The translations under genes and the position numbers were made by a program. Positions 49,595-58,270 of a DNA stretch of 64,000 nucleotides are shown piece after piece (positions within the stretch are counted from its first letter, which is position 1; each line of letters opens with the position of its first letter). Under the pieces are notes generated by a model, which saw only the letters and a list, made by a program, of their open reading frames with translations, was not told the DNA's origin and did no database searches. Source of the DNA: Bacteroidales bacterium (GTDB lineage Bacteria > Bacteroidota > Bacteroidia > Bacteroidales > G963667975); assembly GCA_963667975.1 (NCBI GenBank), contig OY764079.1, positions 1,428,586 through 1,492,585 on the forward strand, read 5' to 3'.

Positions 49595-50350
49595 ATGGAA
49601 TACAATCCATTTTCTTTAAAAGATAAAACAATACTTATTACCGGAGCATCCTCTGGAATTGGGAAAGCTGCTGCAATTGAATGCTCCAAGGCTGGAGCTA
49701 GATTGATAATTACGGGTCGGGATGTTGAAAGACTAAATGGTACTTTTTTAGCATTAAATGGTCAGGGACATATGCAAATAACATCTGATATATCTGAAAA
49801 CGATGGGATTGACAAGTTGGTAGATTTTGTTCCTGAATTAGATGGCATGGTAAGTTGTGCCGGCACGGCACGGTATTTATTGACGACTTTTATCAATGAA
49901 AAGGAACTAAATAATACCTTGAGAATTAATACAATCACACCAATTTTGCTTACACAGCGATTGATGAAAAATAAAAAAATAAAAAAATCAGCTTCTTTGG
50001 TTTATGTTTCTTCCGTTGCTGGAAATGAAGTTACTACAGTGGGTTTGGCGATGTATGCAACATCAAAAAGTGGATTAAATGCCTTCGTAAGACATGCAGC
50101 AATAGATTTTGCTTCAAAAAATGTAAGATGTAACAGTGTAAATTTATCCCGGGTTTTTACACCGTTGATTGCTTCGGGAATTATGACGGATGAAAGTCAA
50201 GTTAAAGAAGATTTGAAAGATTATCCTCTTAAAAGGTATGGTCAGCCTGAAGAAATTGCATATGGGATAATTTATTTATTGTCAAATGCAAGTTCTTGGG
50301 TTACGGGAACTTCATTGTTGATAGATGGAGGTTTTTCTCTTAAAAGATAA
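49595..50350 (+). CDS. short-chain dehydrogenase/reductase, FabG-like (SDR-2)
   Basis: 251-aa paralog of the ORF at 46685. Both begin NPFSL..K.I.ITGASSG.G. It carries YATSKSG. Confidence 0.88.
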   Translation: MEYNPFSLKDKTILITGASSGIGKAAAIECSKAGARLIITGRDVERLNGTFLALNGQGHMQITSDISENDGIDKLVDFVPELDGMVSCAGTARYLLTTFINEKELNNTLRINTITPILLTQRLMKNKKIKKSASLVYVSSVAGNEVTTVGLAMYATSKSGLNAFVRHAAIDFASKNVRCNSVNLSRVFTPLIASGIMTDESQVKEDLKDYPLKRYGQPEEIAYGIIYLLSNASSWVTGTSLLIDGGFSLKR

Positions 50351-50368
50351 TCTGTAAAAATAATTTAA

Positions 50369-51058
50369 ATGCTGAATATAACAAGGTTAGTTAATTGCCC
50401 GGTTCCTTCGAATTGTTATATAGTTTCGAGTAACGTAAATAATTCCTGCATAATCATTGATCCTGGTATTGAAGATTGTATTGAACTGATTTCAATATTG
50501 AAAAAAAATCAGCTTTCTCCCGAGTATATTATTTTAACACATGAACATATTGATCATATTGTCGGTATAAACAAGCTAAAGGAAAGCTTTGATATAAAAT
50601 TAGTAACCTCTGCCCAATGTGACCAAAATATAACATCTTCAAAATATAACTTATCCGGCTATTCTGAGAAATATGATGAATATATTGATTTTCCAGCTTC
50701 TGATATAATATTGGAGGATATTAATTATTCATTAAACTGGTGTAATTACAAACTGAAATTTACAAAAGCTGAAGGCCATAGTCTGGGATCTATAATTCTT
50801 AATATTGATAATAATTTATTTACAGGAGATACTTTATTAAAGGGATATAAAACAAATACATCATTTCCGGGAGCCTCTAAGGAAAATCTTTTACATACTT
50901 TAGAAGATATTATAAGTCAATATAATACACTAACAACGATGGTCTATCCAGGTCATGATGATCCTTTCTATTTACATGAAGTTGAACAAGATGTTAGAAA
51001 CCAGATAATTGAACTAAGGTCGAAAATAAATAAAAAACTTAAAAAACTGGTTGAATAA
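50369..51058 (+). CDS. MBL-fold metallo-hydrolase (glyoxalase II-like, possible thioesterase)
   Basis: 229-aa ORF with the HxHxDH motif (THEHIDHIVG). Confidence 0.8.
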   Translation: MLNITRLVNCPVPSNCYIVSSNVNNSCIIIDPGIEDCIELISILKKNQLSPEYIILTHEHIDHIVGINKLKESFDIKLVTSAQCDQNITSSKYNLSGYSEKYDEYIDFPASDIILEDINYSLNWCNYKLKFTKAEGHSLGSIILNIDNNLFTGDTLLKGYKTNTSFPGASKENLLHTLEDIISQYNTLTTMVYPGHDDPFYLHEVEQDVRNQIIELRSKINKKLKKLVE

Positions 51059-51071
51059 AAAATAGAAGAAT

Positions 51072-51482
51072 ATGGGTATCTCGCATATTGAGCATATTGG
51101 AATTGCTGTTAAGTCTCTTGATGATAGCATTCCTGTTTTCGAAAATTTATTAGGAGTAAGGTGTTATGCCATTGAAGAGGTAAAGGAACAATGTGTTAGA
51201 ACAGCTTTTTTTCTGATTGGAGAAACCAAAATTGAATTATTGGAATCTACTTCTTCAGAAGGTCCAATAAGTTCTTTTGTGGAAAAAAATGGTGTGGGCA
51301 TTCACCATATTGCCTTTTGTGTTGATGAAACCAATAGCGCTTTATCATCTGCAAAGGAAAATGGATTTAAATTAATTGATAAAGTTGCAAGAAAAGGAGC
51401 TGAAAATATGAATATAGGATTTTTAAATCCACGATCAACCTTGGGGCTTCTTATAGAGTTTTGTTCAAAAGATAAAGCTTAG
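51072..51482 (+). CDS. mce: methylmalonyl-CoA epimerase (VOC family)
   Basis: 136-aa ORF with HIEHIGIAVKSLDDSIPVFENLLG, KIELLE, GIHHIAFCVDE and LIEFC, the typical MCE pattern. Confidence 0.75.
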   Translation: MGISHIEHIGIAVKSLDDSIPVFENLLGVRCYAIEEVKEQCVRTAFFLIGETKIELLESTSSEGPISSFVEKNGVGIHHIAFCVDETNSALSSAKENGFKLIDKVARKGAENMNIGFLNPRSTLGLLIEFCSKDKA

Positions 51483-51559
51483 TGTCATCTGCTTTTATTT
51501 ACACTGCTCTTTATTAAAATAAATATAATGTATCTAGATAATTAAAAAAATAATTTAAA

Positions 51560-52570
51560 ATGCTGAGTAATAAATCTATATTAATTACTGGAGGTACTGG
51601 CTCTCTTGGTAAGGCTTTGACTAAAACAATATTGGAAAAATGGCCCGACGTAAAACGACTTGTAATTTATTCACGCGATGAGCAGAAACAATTTGTAATG
51701 GATCAGGAGTATCCTCATTCCAAATACCCACAAATTCGCTTCTTTATTGGCGATGTGAGAGATAAAAGTAGACTAGTACGTGCATTGAGTGGCATAGATT
51801 ATGTTATACATGCAGCTGCAATGAAACATGTTCATATAGCAGAGTATAACCCTACAGAGTGTGTGCAAACTAATATTGGAGGTGCTCAAAATGTAATAGA
51901 AGCTTGCCTTGATACAGGAGTTAAAGCTGTTGTAGCTCTTTCTACAGATAAAGCTTGTGCTCCGATAAATCTTTACGGTGCAACAAAACTTACATCTGAT
52001 AAACTTTTTGTTGCAGCAAATAATTATAAAGGGAATAATCCTATAAAATTTTCCGTAGTAAGATATGGAAATGTTATGGGATCTAATGGCTCTGTAATTC
52101 CTTTTTTTATCAATAAAAAAAAGGAAGGTGTGATTCCTATAACGGAACCTAATATGACTCGTTTTAATATTCCAATTCATGAAGGTGTTGAAATGGTTTT
52201 ATTTGCATTAGAAAATGCGTGGGGCGGAGAAATCTTTGTTCCTAAGATTCCTTCTTATAGAATTATGGATGTTGCAAAAGCAATTGCTCCCGAATGTGAA
52301 CATAGAATAATTGGTATTCGGCCAGGTGAAAAAGTTCATGAAGAAATGATTACAGCATCAGATGCTTTTCATACATATGATATTGGTAACTATTATGCAA
52401 TATTGCCCCAAAAACCGACGTGGAAATTAGAAGATTTTATTAGATCTTATAATGCTAAAAAAGTACCGGAGGGATTTCATTATAGCTCAGGTGAGAACTC
52501 CGAATGGGAAACTATTGATGAACTTAGAAGAAAAATTAAGGAATTTGTAGATCACACATTTGAAGTTTAA
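51560..52570 (+). CDS. pseB: UDP-N-acetylglucosamine 4,6-dehydratase (inverting)
   Basis: 336-aa ORF with ILITGGTGSLGKAL, IYSRDEQKQ and YGATKL. It is followed by pseC. Confidence 0.88.
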   Translation: MLSNKSILITGGTGSLGKALTKTILEKWPDVKRLVIYSRDEQKQFVMDQEYPHSKYPQIRFFIGDVRDKSRLVRALSGIDYVIHAAAMKHVHIAEYNPTECVQTNIGGAQNVIEACLDTGVKAVVALSTDKACAPINLYGATKLTSDKLFVAANNYKGNNPIKFSVVRYGNVMGSNGSVIPFFINKKKEGVIPITEPNMTRFNIPIHEGVEMVLFALENAWGGEIFVPKIPSYRIMDVAKAIAPECEHRIIGIRPGEKVHEEMITASDAFHTYDIGNYYAILPQKPTWKLEDFIRSYNAKKVPEGFHYSSGENSEWETIDELRRKIKEFVDHTFEV

Positions 52571-52574
52571 AAAT

Positions 52575-53726
52575 ATGAAAAATATACCATATGGCAGGCA
52601 ATATATTACAGAAGAGGATATTGCAATAGTTGTTGAAACGCTTAAGTCTGATTTTTTGACTCAAGGGCCTCGTATTAAACAATTTGAAGATGCCTTTGCT
52701 GAGTATTGTAATTGCAAATATGCAGTAATGGTAAGTAATGGCACAGCTGCACTTCATTTAGCAGCAATGGCTCTTGGTATTAAACCAGGTGATAAAATAA
52801 TTACGACACCTATCACATTTGTTGCAAGTGCAAACGGCTTTAGATATTGTGGAGCCGATATTACATTTTGCGATATTGATCCCAGAACATACCTACTTGA
52901 TTTAAATAAGTTGGAAGAATTATTAGCTACGTCCCCAAAAGGAACATACAAGGCTGTCGTTCCTGTTGATTTTGCAGGATATCCTATCGATGTGGAACGC
53001 TTACGTGTAATTGCTGATAAGTATGGTTTGGCAATAGTCGAAGATGCTTGCCATGCTCCCGGAGCCTTTTTTTATGATGGAAAAAGGGAGAGACAAATAG
53101 CAGGGAGCAGTAATTATTCTGACATGACCGTCTTCTCTTTTCATCCTGTAAAACATATTGCAACCGGAGAAGGTGGTGCTATTGTGACAAATAATGAGGA
53201 ATTATACAAAAAACTATTGCTTTATAGAACTCATGGGATTACAAAAAATCCGGATGAACTTGAGCAAACAGATGGTGGGTGGTATTATGAGATGCAAGAA
53301 TTGGGATATAATTATCGTATTACAGAAATTCAGGCAGCTCTAGGTATCTCTCAGCTAAAACGTTTGGAATGGAGTGTCGAAAGAAGAAATGAGATTGCAA
53401 GTAAGTATACGAAAGCCTTTGAAGGTACTTCTGTAAAAGCACCTTTCATACAAACAGGTATTCGACATGCTTTTCATTTATATGTTGTACAAGTAGAGAA
53501 ACGAAAAGAATTGTATGAATATTTGAAAGCTCATAATATTTTCTCACAGGTGCTTTATATTCCTGCACATTTAATGCCCTACTATCGCCAATTTGGCTGG
53601 AAACAAGGAGATTTTCCGATTGCCGAAGATTATTATAACCATTGCCTGAGTTTGCCAATGTATCCTTCATTGACAAATGAAGAACAAGATTATGTAATTG
53701 AAAAAATCATAGAATTTATTAATTAA
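52575..53726 (+). CDS. pseC: UDP-4-amino-4,6-dideoxy-N-acetyl-beta-L-altrosamine transaminase
   Basis: DegT/DnrJ/EryC1 family ORF starting MKNIPYGRQYITEEDI, with FHPVKHIATGEGG (PLP Lys). The TTG at 52560 in the ORF track overlaps pseB, so the ATG at 52575 is preferred. Confidence 0.88.
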   Translation: MKNIPYGRQYITEEDIAIVVETLKSDFLTQGPRIKQFEDAFAEYCNCKYAVMVSNGTAALHLAAMALGIKPGDKIITTPITFVASANGFRYCGADITFCDIDPRTYLLDLNKLEELLATSPKGTYKAVVPVDFAGYPIDVERLRVIADKYGLAIVEDACHAPGAFFYDGKRERQIAGSSNYSDMTVFSFHPVKHIATGEGGAIVTNNEELYKKLLLYRTHGITKNPDELEQTDGGWYYEMQELGYNYRITEIQAALGISQLKRLEWSVERRNEIASKYTKAFEGTSVKAPFIQTGIRHAFHLYVVQVEKRKELYEYLKAHNIFSQVLYIPAHLMPYYRQFGWKQGDFPIAEDYYNHCLSLPMYPSLTNEEQDYVIEKIIEFIN

Positions 53727-54589
53727 TGAACTTGACCAGTAAATTAATAATAGGGACTGTCCAGTTTGGATTAAACTATGGGGTTAATAATCAGGGAGGT
53801 AAGGTGCTACAGAGTGAGGTGAATTCTATATTATCTTATGCTGTTACAAAGGGTGTTGATATGCTTGATACCTCTTATGCCTATGGTTCAAGCGAGATTG
53901 CGATTGGTGAAGCTTTGAAGCAAAATTCGATGAGGTATAATATCGTTTCAAAGTATCCCCGATCAGAAAAAAGTGTTTTTGCAATTTTTGAAGAGTCTCT
54001 CAATCGATTGAATCAAACTAACTTATATGGTTATTTGATTCATCATTTTGATTTTTATCAATCAAATCCTCATATATGGACTGATATGCTTAAATTAAGG
54101 GATAATCAAAAGGTTGAAAAAATAGGATTCTCACTTTATACGATTGATCAGTTGCTTTTTTTGCTGAATAATAATGTTGAATTCGATCTTTTGCAGATTC
54201 CATACAATATTTTTGATAGACAATTTGAGGCTTTTTTCCCTGAATTAAAAAAAAGAGGGGTTGAGATACATACCCGATCAGTTTTTCTTCAGGGATTATT
54301 TTTTAAAGATACAGTTACCTTAAGTGAGAAATTGGAACCTCTCAAATATTACCTGGATATGCTTCACAAATATTGTAATGATAATGATTTTGGAGTGGAA
54401 AAATTGGTTTTAAATTATGTAGTTAACAATCCATATGTTGATAGGGTTTTAGTGGGCCTGGATAATTTAGAACAGCTTAAAAAGAATATTTCTATTTTGA
54501 ATTTAGGTGTTTCTCAATATGATATAAATTTTATAGATTCGTTGCATATAAAAGAAAAGGAGTTACTTAATCCTGTTAATTGGAATTAG
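53726..54589 (+). CDS. aldo/keto reductase
   Basis: 287-aa ORF with a GTVQFGLNYG start and an AKR fold pattern (DTSYAYGSSE). Confidence 0.8.
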   Translation: MNLTSKLIIGTVQFGLNYGVNNQGGKVLQSEVNSILSYAVTKGVDMLDTSYAYGSSEIAIGEALKQNSMRYNIVSKYPRSEKSVFAIFEESLNRLNQTNLYGYLIHHFDFYQSNPHIWTDMLKLRDNQKVEKIGFSLYTIDQLLFLLNNNVEFDLLQIPYNIFDRQFEAFFPELKKRGVEIHTRSVFLQGLFFKDTVTLSEKLEPLKYYLDMLHKYCNDNDFGVEKLVLNYVVNNPYVDRVLVGLDNLEQLKKNISILNLGVSQYDINFIDSLHIKEKELLNPVNWN

Positions 54590-54592
54590 ATT

Positions 54593-55378
54593 ATGAATGT
54601 AATTGAAAGTTTCTCCCTGAAAGGGAAAGTTGCTATTATAACTGGTGGTGCGGGGCATTTAGGCACCGCTATGTCTGAAGCTTTAAATGAAGCTGGAGCC
54701 GTAGTTGCAGTGATTGAATTATCTCAGGAGAAATTTGATGAGAAATTTGCCGGAAAAGAAAATTATTTTTTTGTACAGGGTGATATTTCTGATACAGAGA
54801 ATATTAAGAAATGTTACCAGACTGTATTTGATAGATATGGTCGTATTGATGTATTAATAAATAATGCGGTTTATTTAAAGGGAGGGGGATGTTTACCAGA
54901 GCAAATTACAGATGAGATGTGGGCAATAAGTGCCGATGGCGTTTTAGGAAGCGTTTTCCGTTGTATAAGAGAGATAATTCCATATATGGGAAAAAATGGT
55001 GGATCTATTGTAAATATTGCTTCTATGTATGGTGTAGTCATTCCTGATCTGTCTATGTATAATGGAGCATGCAGCCCTTATTTAAATCCAATTAATTATG
55101 GCGCATTAAAAGCGGGAGTAATACAGTTGACAAGATATTTTGGAGCTTATCTGATATCTAAAGATATAAATGTTAATTGCGTAACACCGGGTACATTTCC
55201 ATCACCAAAGGTGCAGGAAAATGTAGAATTTGTCGAAAGATTGTCAGGTAAAAATCCTGCCAACAGAATTGGTAAGCCGGAAGATCTAAAAGGAGCAATA
55301 CTGTTTCTTTCATCAAATGCTTCAAATTATATTGTTGGCCAGAATATTATCATAGATGGGGGATGGACTTTAGCTTAG
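54593..55378 (+). CDS. SDR-family oxidoreductase
   Basis: 261-aa ORF with TGGAGHLG, NNAV and YGALKAG motifs. Confidence 0.85.
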   Translation: MNVIESFSLKGKVAIITGGAGHLGTAMSEALNEAGAVVAVIELSQEKFDEKFAGKENYFFVQGDISDTENIKKCYQTVFDRYGRIDVLINNAVYLKGGGCLPEQITDEMWAISADGVLGSVFRCIREIIPYMGKNGGSIVNIASMYGVVIPDLSMYNGACSPYLNPINYGALKAGVIQLTRYFGAYLISKDINVNCVTPGTFPSPKVQENVEFVERLSGKNPANRIGKPEDLKGAILFLSSNASNYIVGQNIIIDGGWTLA

Positions 55379-55418
55379 AAATTTATATTAACAATAGTGA
55401 TATGTAAAACTATTTAAA

Positions 55419-56435
55419 ATGGAGTTTAGGATAGGTGATAAAACGATTAACGATAATAATTTATATTTTATCGTTGAAGAAGGGCAGGCAAATCAAGGTG
55501 ATTTGAATATTGCTCGGAAAATGATTGAGCTCGCTAAGGATACCGGGGCGGATGCGATTGAGTTTCAGTTAGCAATTGCGGATGATTTCTATATAAGTTC
55601 ACATCCTGTATATGAAAGATATAAGAAAATCGAATTACCATTACAGCATATGGAAAACATTATACATTATGCTCATGAGTGCAAAATCGATTTTATTGCA
55701 GCATCATTAAGCCATAATCTAATTAAATATTTGGTAGACTTTGGGTGTGATGCGTTTAATATAAATGCATCAGATATTAATAATCCATTTATTGTTGATG
55801 AGGTTTGTAAATCTGAATTACCTTTTTTTGTAAGCTTACCACTCGCAAATGAATCTGAAATAGATTGGATTAATAATAGAATTGAAAAAAGAAATGTAAA
55901 TAACTTTACGTTTCTTCATGGGCAGCATTCAATGGCAAGCGGTGTTGATGGTGTTATGCCTGAACATACAAGTTTAGGTTATATAAAGACATTAAAGAAT
56001 AGATATAAAAAACCAGTAGGTTATATAGATCATACTCCTGATATTTGGATGCCGGCATGTGCAGTAGCTTCTGGTGCTAATATTATTTCAAAACATCTTA
56101 TTATTGATAGAGAACTTAAAGGGCCTGATTGGAGAATATGTCTTGAACCGAGTGAAATGAAAGAAGCAATAAATAATGCGAGAAAGATAAATAAAAGCAT
56201 AAGTACGGTTGATAAAATTTTGGCTCCAGGTGAAAATATTGATATCTCTATCATGCGTAGAAGTATTGTATTTAAAAGAGATTTACCGAAAGGTTCTGAA
56301 ATATCAATTGAGGATATTGAATTTAAAAGACCAGGGACAGGTATTGCTCCGAGTGAATATGATTCGATTTTAGGTAAGAGATTAAGTGAAAGTGTAGTAA
56401 AAGATGATATCTTACTGATGAATAATTTATATTAA
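55419..56435 (+). CDS. divergent NeuB-family (sialic-acid-synthase-like) protein with a C-terminal SAF domain
   Basis: 338-aa ORF with NeuB layout but altered motifs: IVEEGQANQGD versus the usual AE.G.NHNG, and FLHGQHS versus LLHC.S.YP. It keeps GYIDHT and ISKHLIID, and has a SAF-like tail. Confidence 0.8.
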   Translation: MEFRIGDKTINDNNLYFIVEEGQANQGDLNIARKMIELAKDTGADAIEFQLAIADDFYISSHPVYERYKKIELPLQHMENIIHYAHECKIDFIAASLSHNLIKYLVDFGCDAFNINASDINNPFIVDEVCKSELPFFVSLPLANESEIDWINNRIEKRNVNNFTFLHGQHSMASGVDGVMPEHTSLGYIKTLKNRYKKPVGYIDHTPDIWMPACAVASGANIISKHLIIDRELKGPDWRICLEPSEMKEAINNARKINKSISTVDKILAPGENIDISIMRRSIVFKRDLPKGSEISIEDIEFKRPGTGIAPSEYDSILGKRLSESVVKDDILLMNNLY

Positions 56436-56452
56436 TATAATTACATAAAATT

Positions 56453-57241
56453 ATGGATTTATACTTAAAGGATAGGGTTGCGATAATTGGAGGTAGTAGT
56501 AAAGGACTTGGGAAAGCCTGTGCTTACAAGCTTGCTTGCGAAGGCGCTAATATTGTACTATGTGCTAATGATTATGATTCTCTTTGTAGAACAGAATCTG
56601 AAATACGTTTATTAGGAGTTGATGTATTACCGTTGATGGTAAATATGTCATCGAAAAATGATAATGAATTCATTGTTAATGAGACAATTAAAAAATTTGG
56701 AAAGATAGATATACTTGTTAATAATTCAGGAGGACCAAAGCCTGGTGCTTTTTTTGATATAAATGAAGAAGATTGGGCAAAAGCATTTGAAGATGTTCTG
56801 CTTTATGCTGTTCGAATGATTAATTTGGTGGCTCCTTACATGAAAGAAAATAATTGGGGGAGAATTGTTAATCTAACTTCATTAACAGTTAAAGAGCCAG
56901 CTCCATCGCTTATTCTTTCTAATGTTTTTAGAACAGGAGTAGTTGCAATGGCAAGGAGTTTGTCGAAAGAATTAATTCGGCATAATATAACAATAAATAA
57001 CATTTGTCCGGGAGCTTTTAAAACAGAAAGAGCAATAGAACTCATGCAAGTAGCTGCAGATAAGCAGAATAAAAGTATTGAGGAAATTGAAAATAATGCA
57101 ATAAGTAAAATGCCGTTAGGACGGTATCAACATCCCAATGAGCTAGGCGATTTAGTAGCTTTTCTTTCATCTGAATTGGCAAAGGGAATAACGGGTACTA
57201 CTATACAAATCGACGGAGGTATTTTTAATGGGCTGCTTTAA
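56453..57241 (+). CDS. SDR-family oxidoreductase (FabG-like)
   Basis: 262-aa ORF with IGGSSKGLG and NNSGG motifs. The usual catalytic Tyr position reads SNVFRTG, so it is atypical. Confidence 0.8.
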   Translation: MDLYLKDRVAIIGGSSKGLGKACAYKLACEGANIVLCANDYDSLCRTESEIRLLGVDVLPLMVNMSSKNDNEFIVNETIKKFGKIDILVNNSGGPKPGAFFDINEEDWAKAFEDVLLYAVRMINLVAPYMKENNWGRIVNLTSLTVKEPAPSLILSNVFRTGVVAMARSLSKELIRHNITINNICPGAFKTERAIELMQVAADKQNKSIEEIENNAISKMPLGRYQHPNELGDLVAFLSSELAKGITGTTIQIDGGIFNGLL

Positions 57242-57262
57242 AAATGTATATATTAAGTAATT

Positions 57263-58237
57263 ATGGATAAGATTAAGTTTATTCCGACTTTAAAGAATAA
57301 TAAAAAATCAGGAGAGTTAATATCACTTGGTGATGATCTTGACTATAATAGACCATGTGATAGTGGGTTAGATTTGAGTGAAATAGAATTACTTGTTAGG
57401 GGGTATAATGTATTAGCTGTTGATAAAAATTCTGGAGAACCATTATATTCTAGTGATTTTAGAAAGGCAAAGATAGCGATCGTAATTGCATGTAGATTAA
57501 GTTCAAAAAGACTTCCTCGAAAAGCATTACTTAATGTTGGATCTTTGTCCTTGGTGGAATTAAGTATAAAGAATAATCTAAAGTTAAAAAATGTTGATTA
57601 TACTATCTTGGCGACTTCTGTAAATCCTGAAGATGCGGAATTATCTGAACACACATATTCCAAAAATGTAATCTTTTTTGCAGGAGATCCAGATGATGTA
57701 ATAAAAAGATATCTGGATGCAGTAGACCCTTTAGGTGTTGATGTAATAGTAAGAAAAACAGCAGATTGTCCATTCCCTTCTTCTGAGATTTTTGATATAC
57801 TGCTTAAAGAACATTTTGTACGAGGAGCTGATTATACTGCAGGTAAAAAAACTACAGTTGGGTTGAATTCAGAAATAATGAATGTGAAATCTTTGAAAAG
57901 AATTAAGGAATATTTTCCAAAGGCTTCTTACTCTGAATATATGACTTGGTACTTTACAAATAATCCAGAGTACTTTAAATTAAATATAGTTGATTTGCCT
58001 GATAAATTTTCGAGAAATTATCGTTTAACAGTTGATTACAAAGAAGATCTGTTGATGTTCGATATCGTGCAAAAATATTTTGAAAGTAATAATTTGGAGT
58101 ATTCTACAGAAAAACTATTCGAATTTCTGGACAAAAATCCAGAAATTAATTCTATTAATTCACATATTCAATTGAAATTTAAATCTGATCAGGAATTGAT
58201 CGATGTTTTGAATCGTGAAACAAAAATGAAACTCTGA
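57263..58237 (+). CDS. pseF: acylneuraminate cytidylyltransferase-family protein (SpsF/PseF-like) with an N-terminal extension of about 70 aa
   Basis: 324-aa ORF. IAIVIACRLSSKRLPRKAL matches the SpsF-type cytidylyltransferase N-motif. It lies within the pse gene set. Confidence 0.7.
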   Translation: MDKIKFIPTLKNNKKSGELISLGDDLDYNRPCDSGLDLSEIELLVRGYNVLAVDKNSGEPLYSSDFRKAKIAIVIACRLSSKRLPRKALLNVGSLSLVELSIKNNLKLKNVDYTILATSVNPEDAELSEHTYSKNVIFFAGDPDDVIKRYLDAVDPLGVDVIVRKTADCPFPSSEIFDILLKEHFVRGADYTAGKKTTVGLNSEIMNVKSLKRIKEYFPKASYSEYMTWYFTNNPEYFKLNIVDLPDKFSRNYRLTVDYKEDLLMFDIVQKYFESNNLEYSTEKLFEFLDKNPEINSINSHIQLKFKSDQELIDVLNRETKMKL

Positions 58238-58270
58238 AAATATTCATACTGTTGCTTTAAAACAGTGTCT

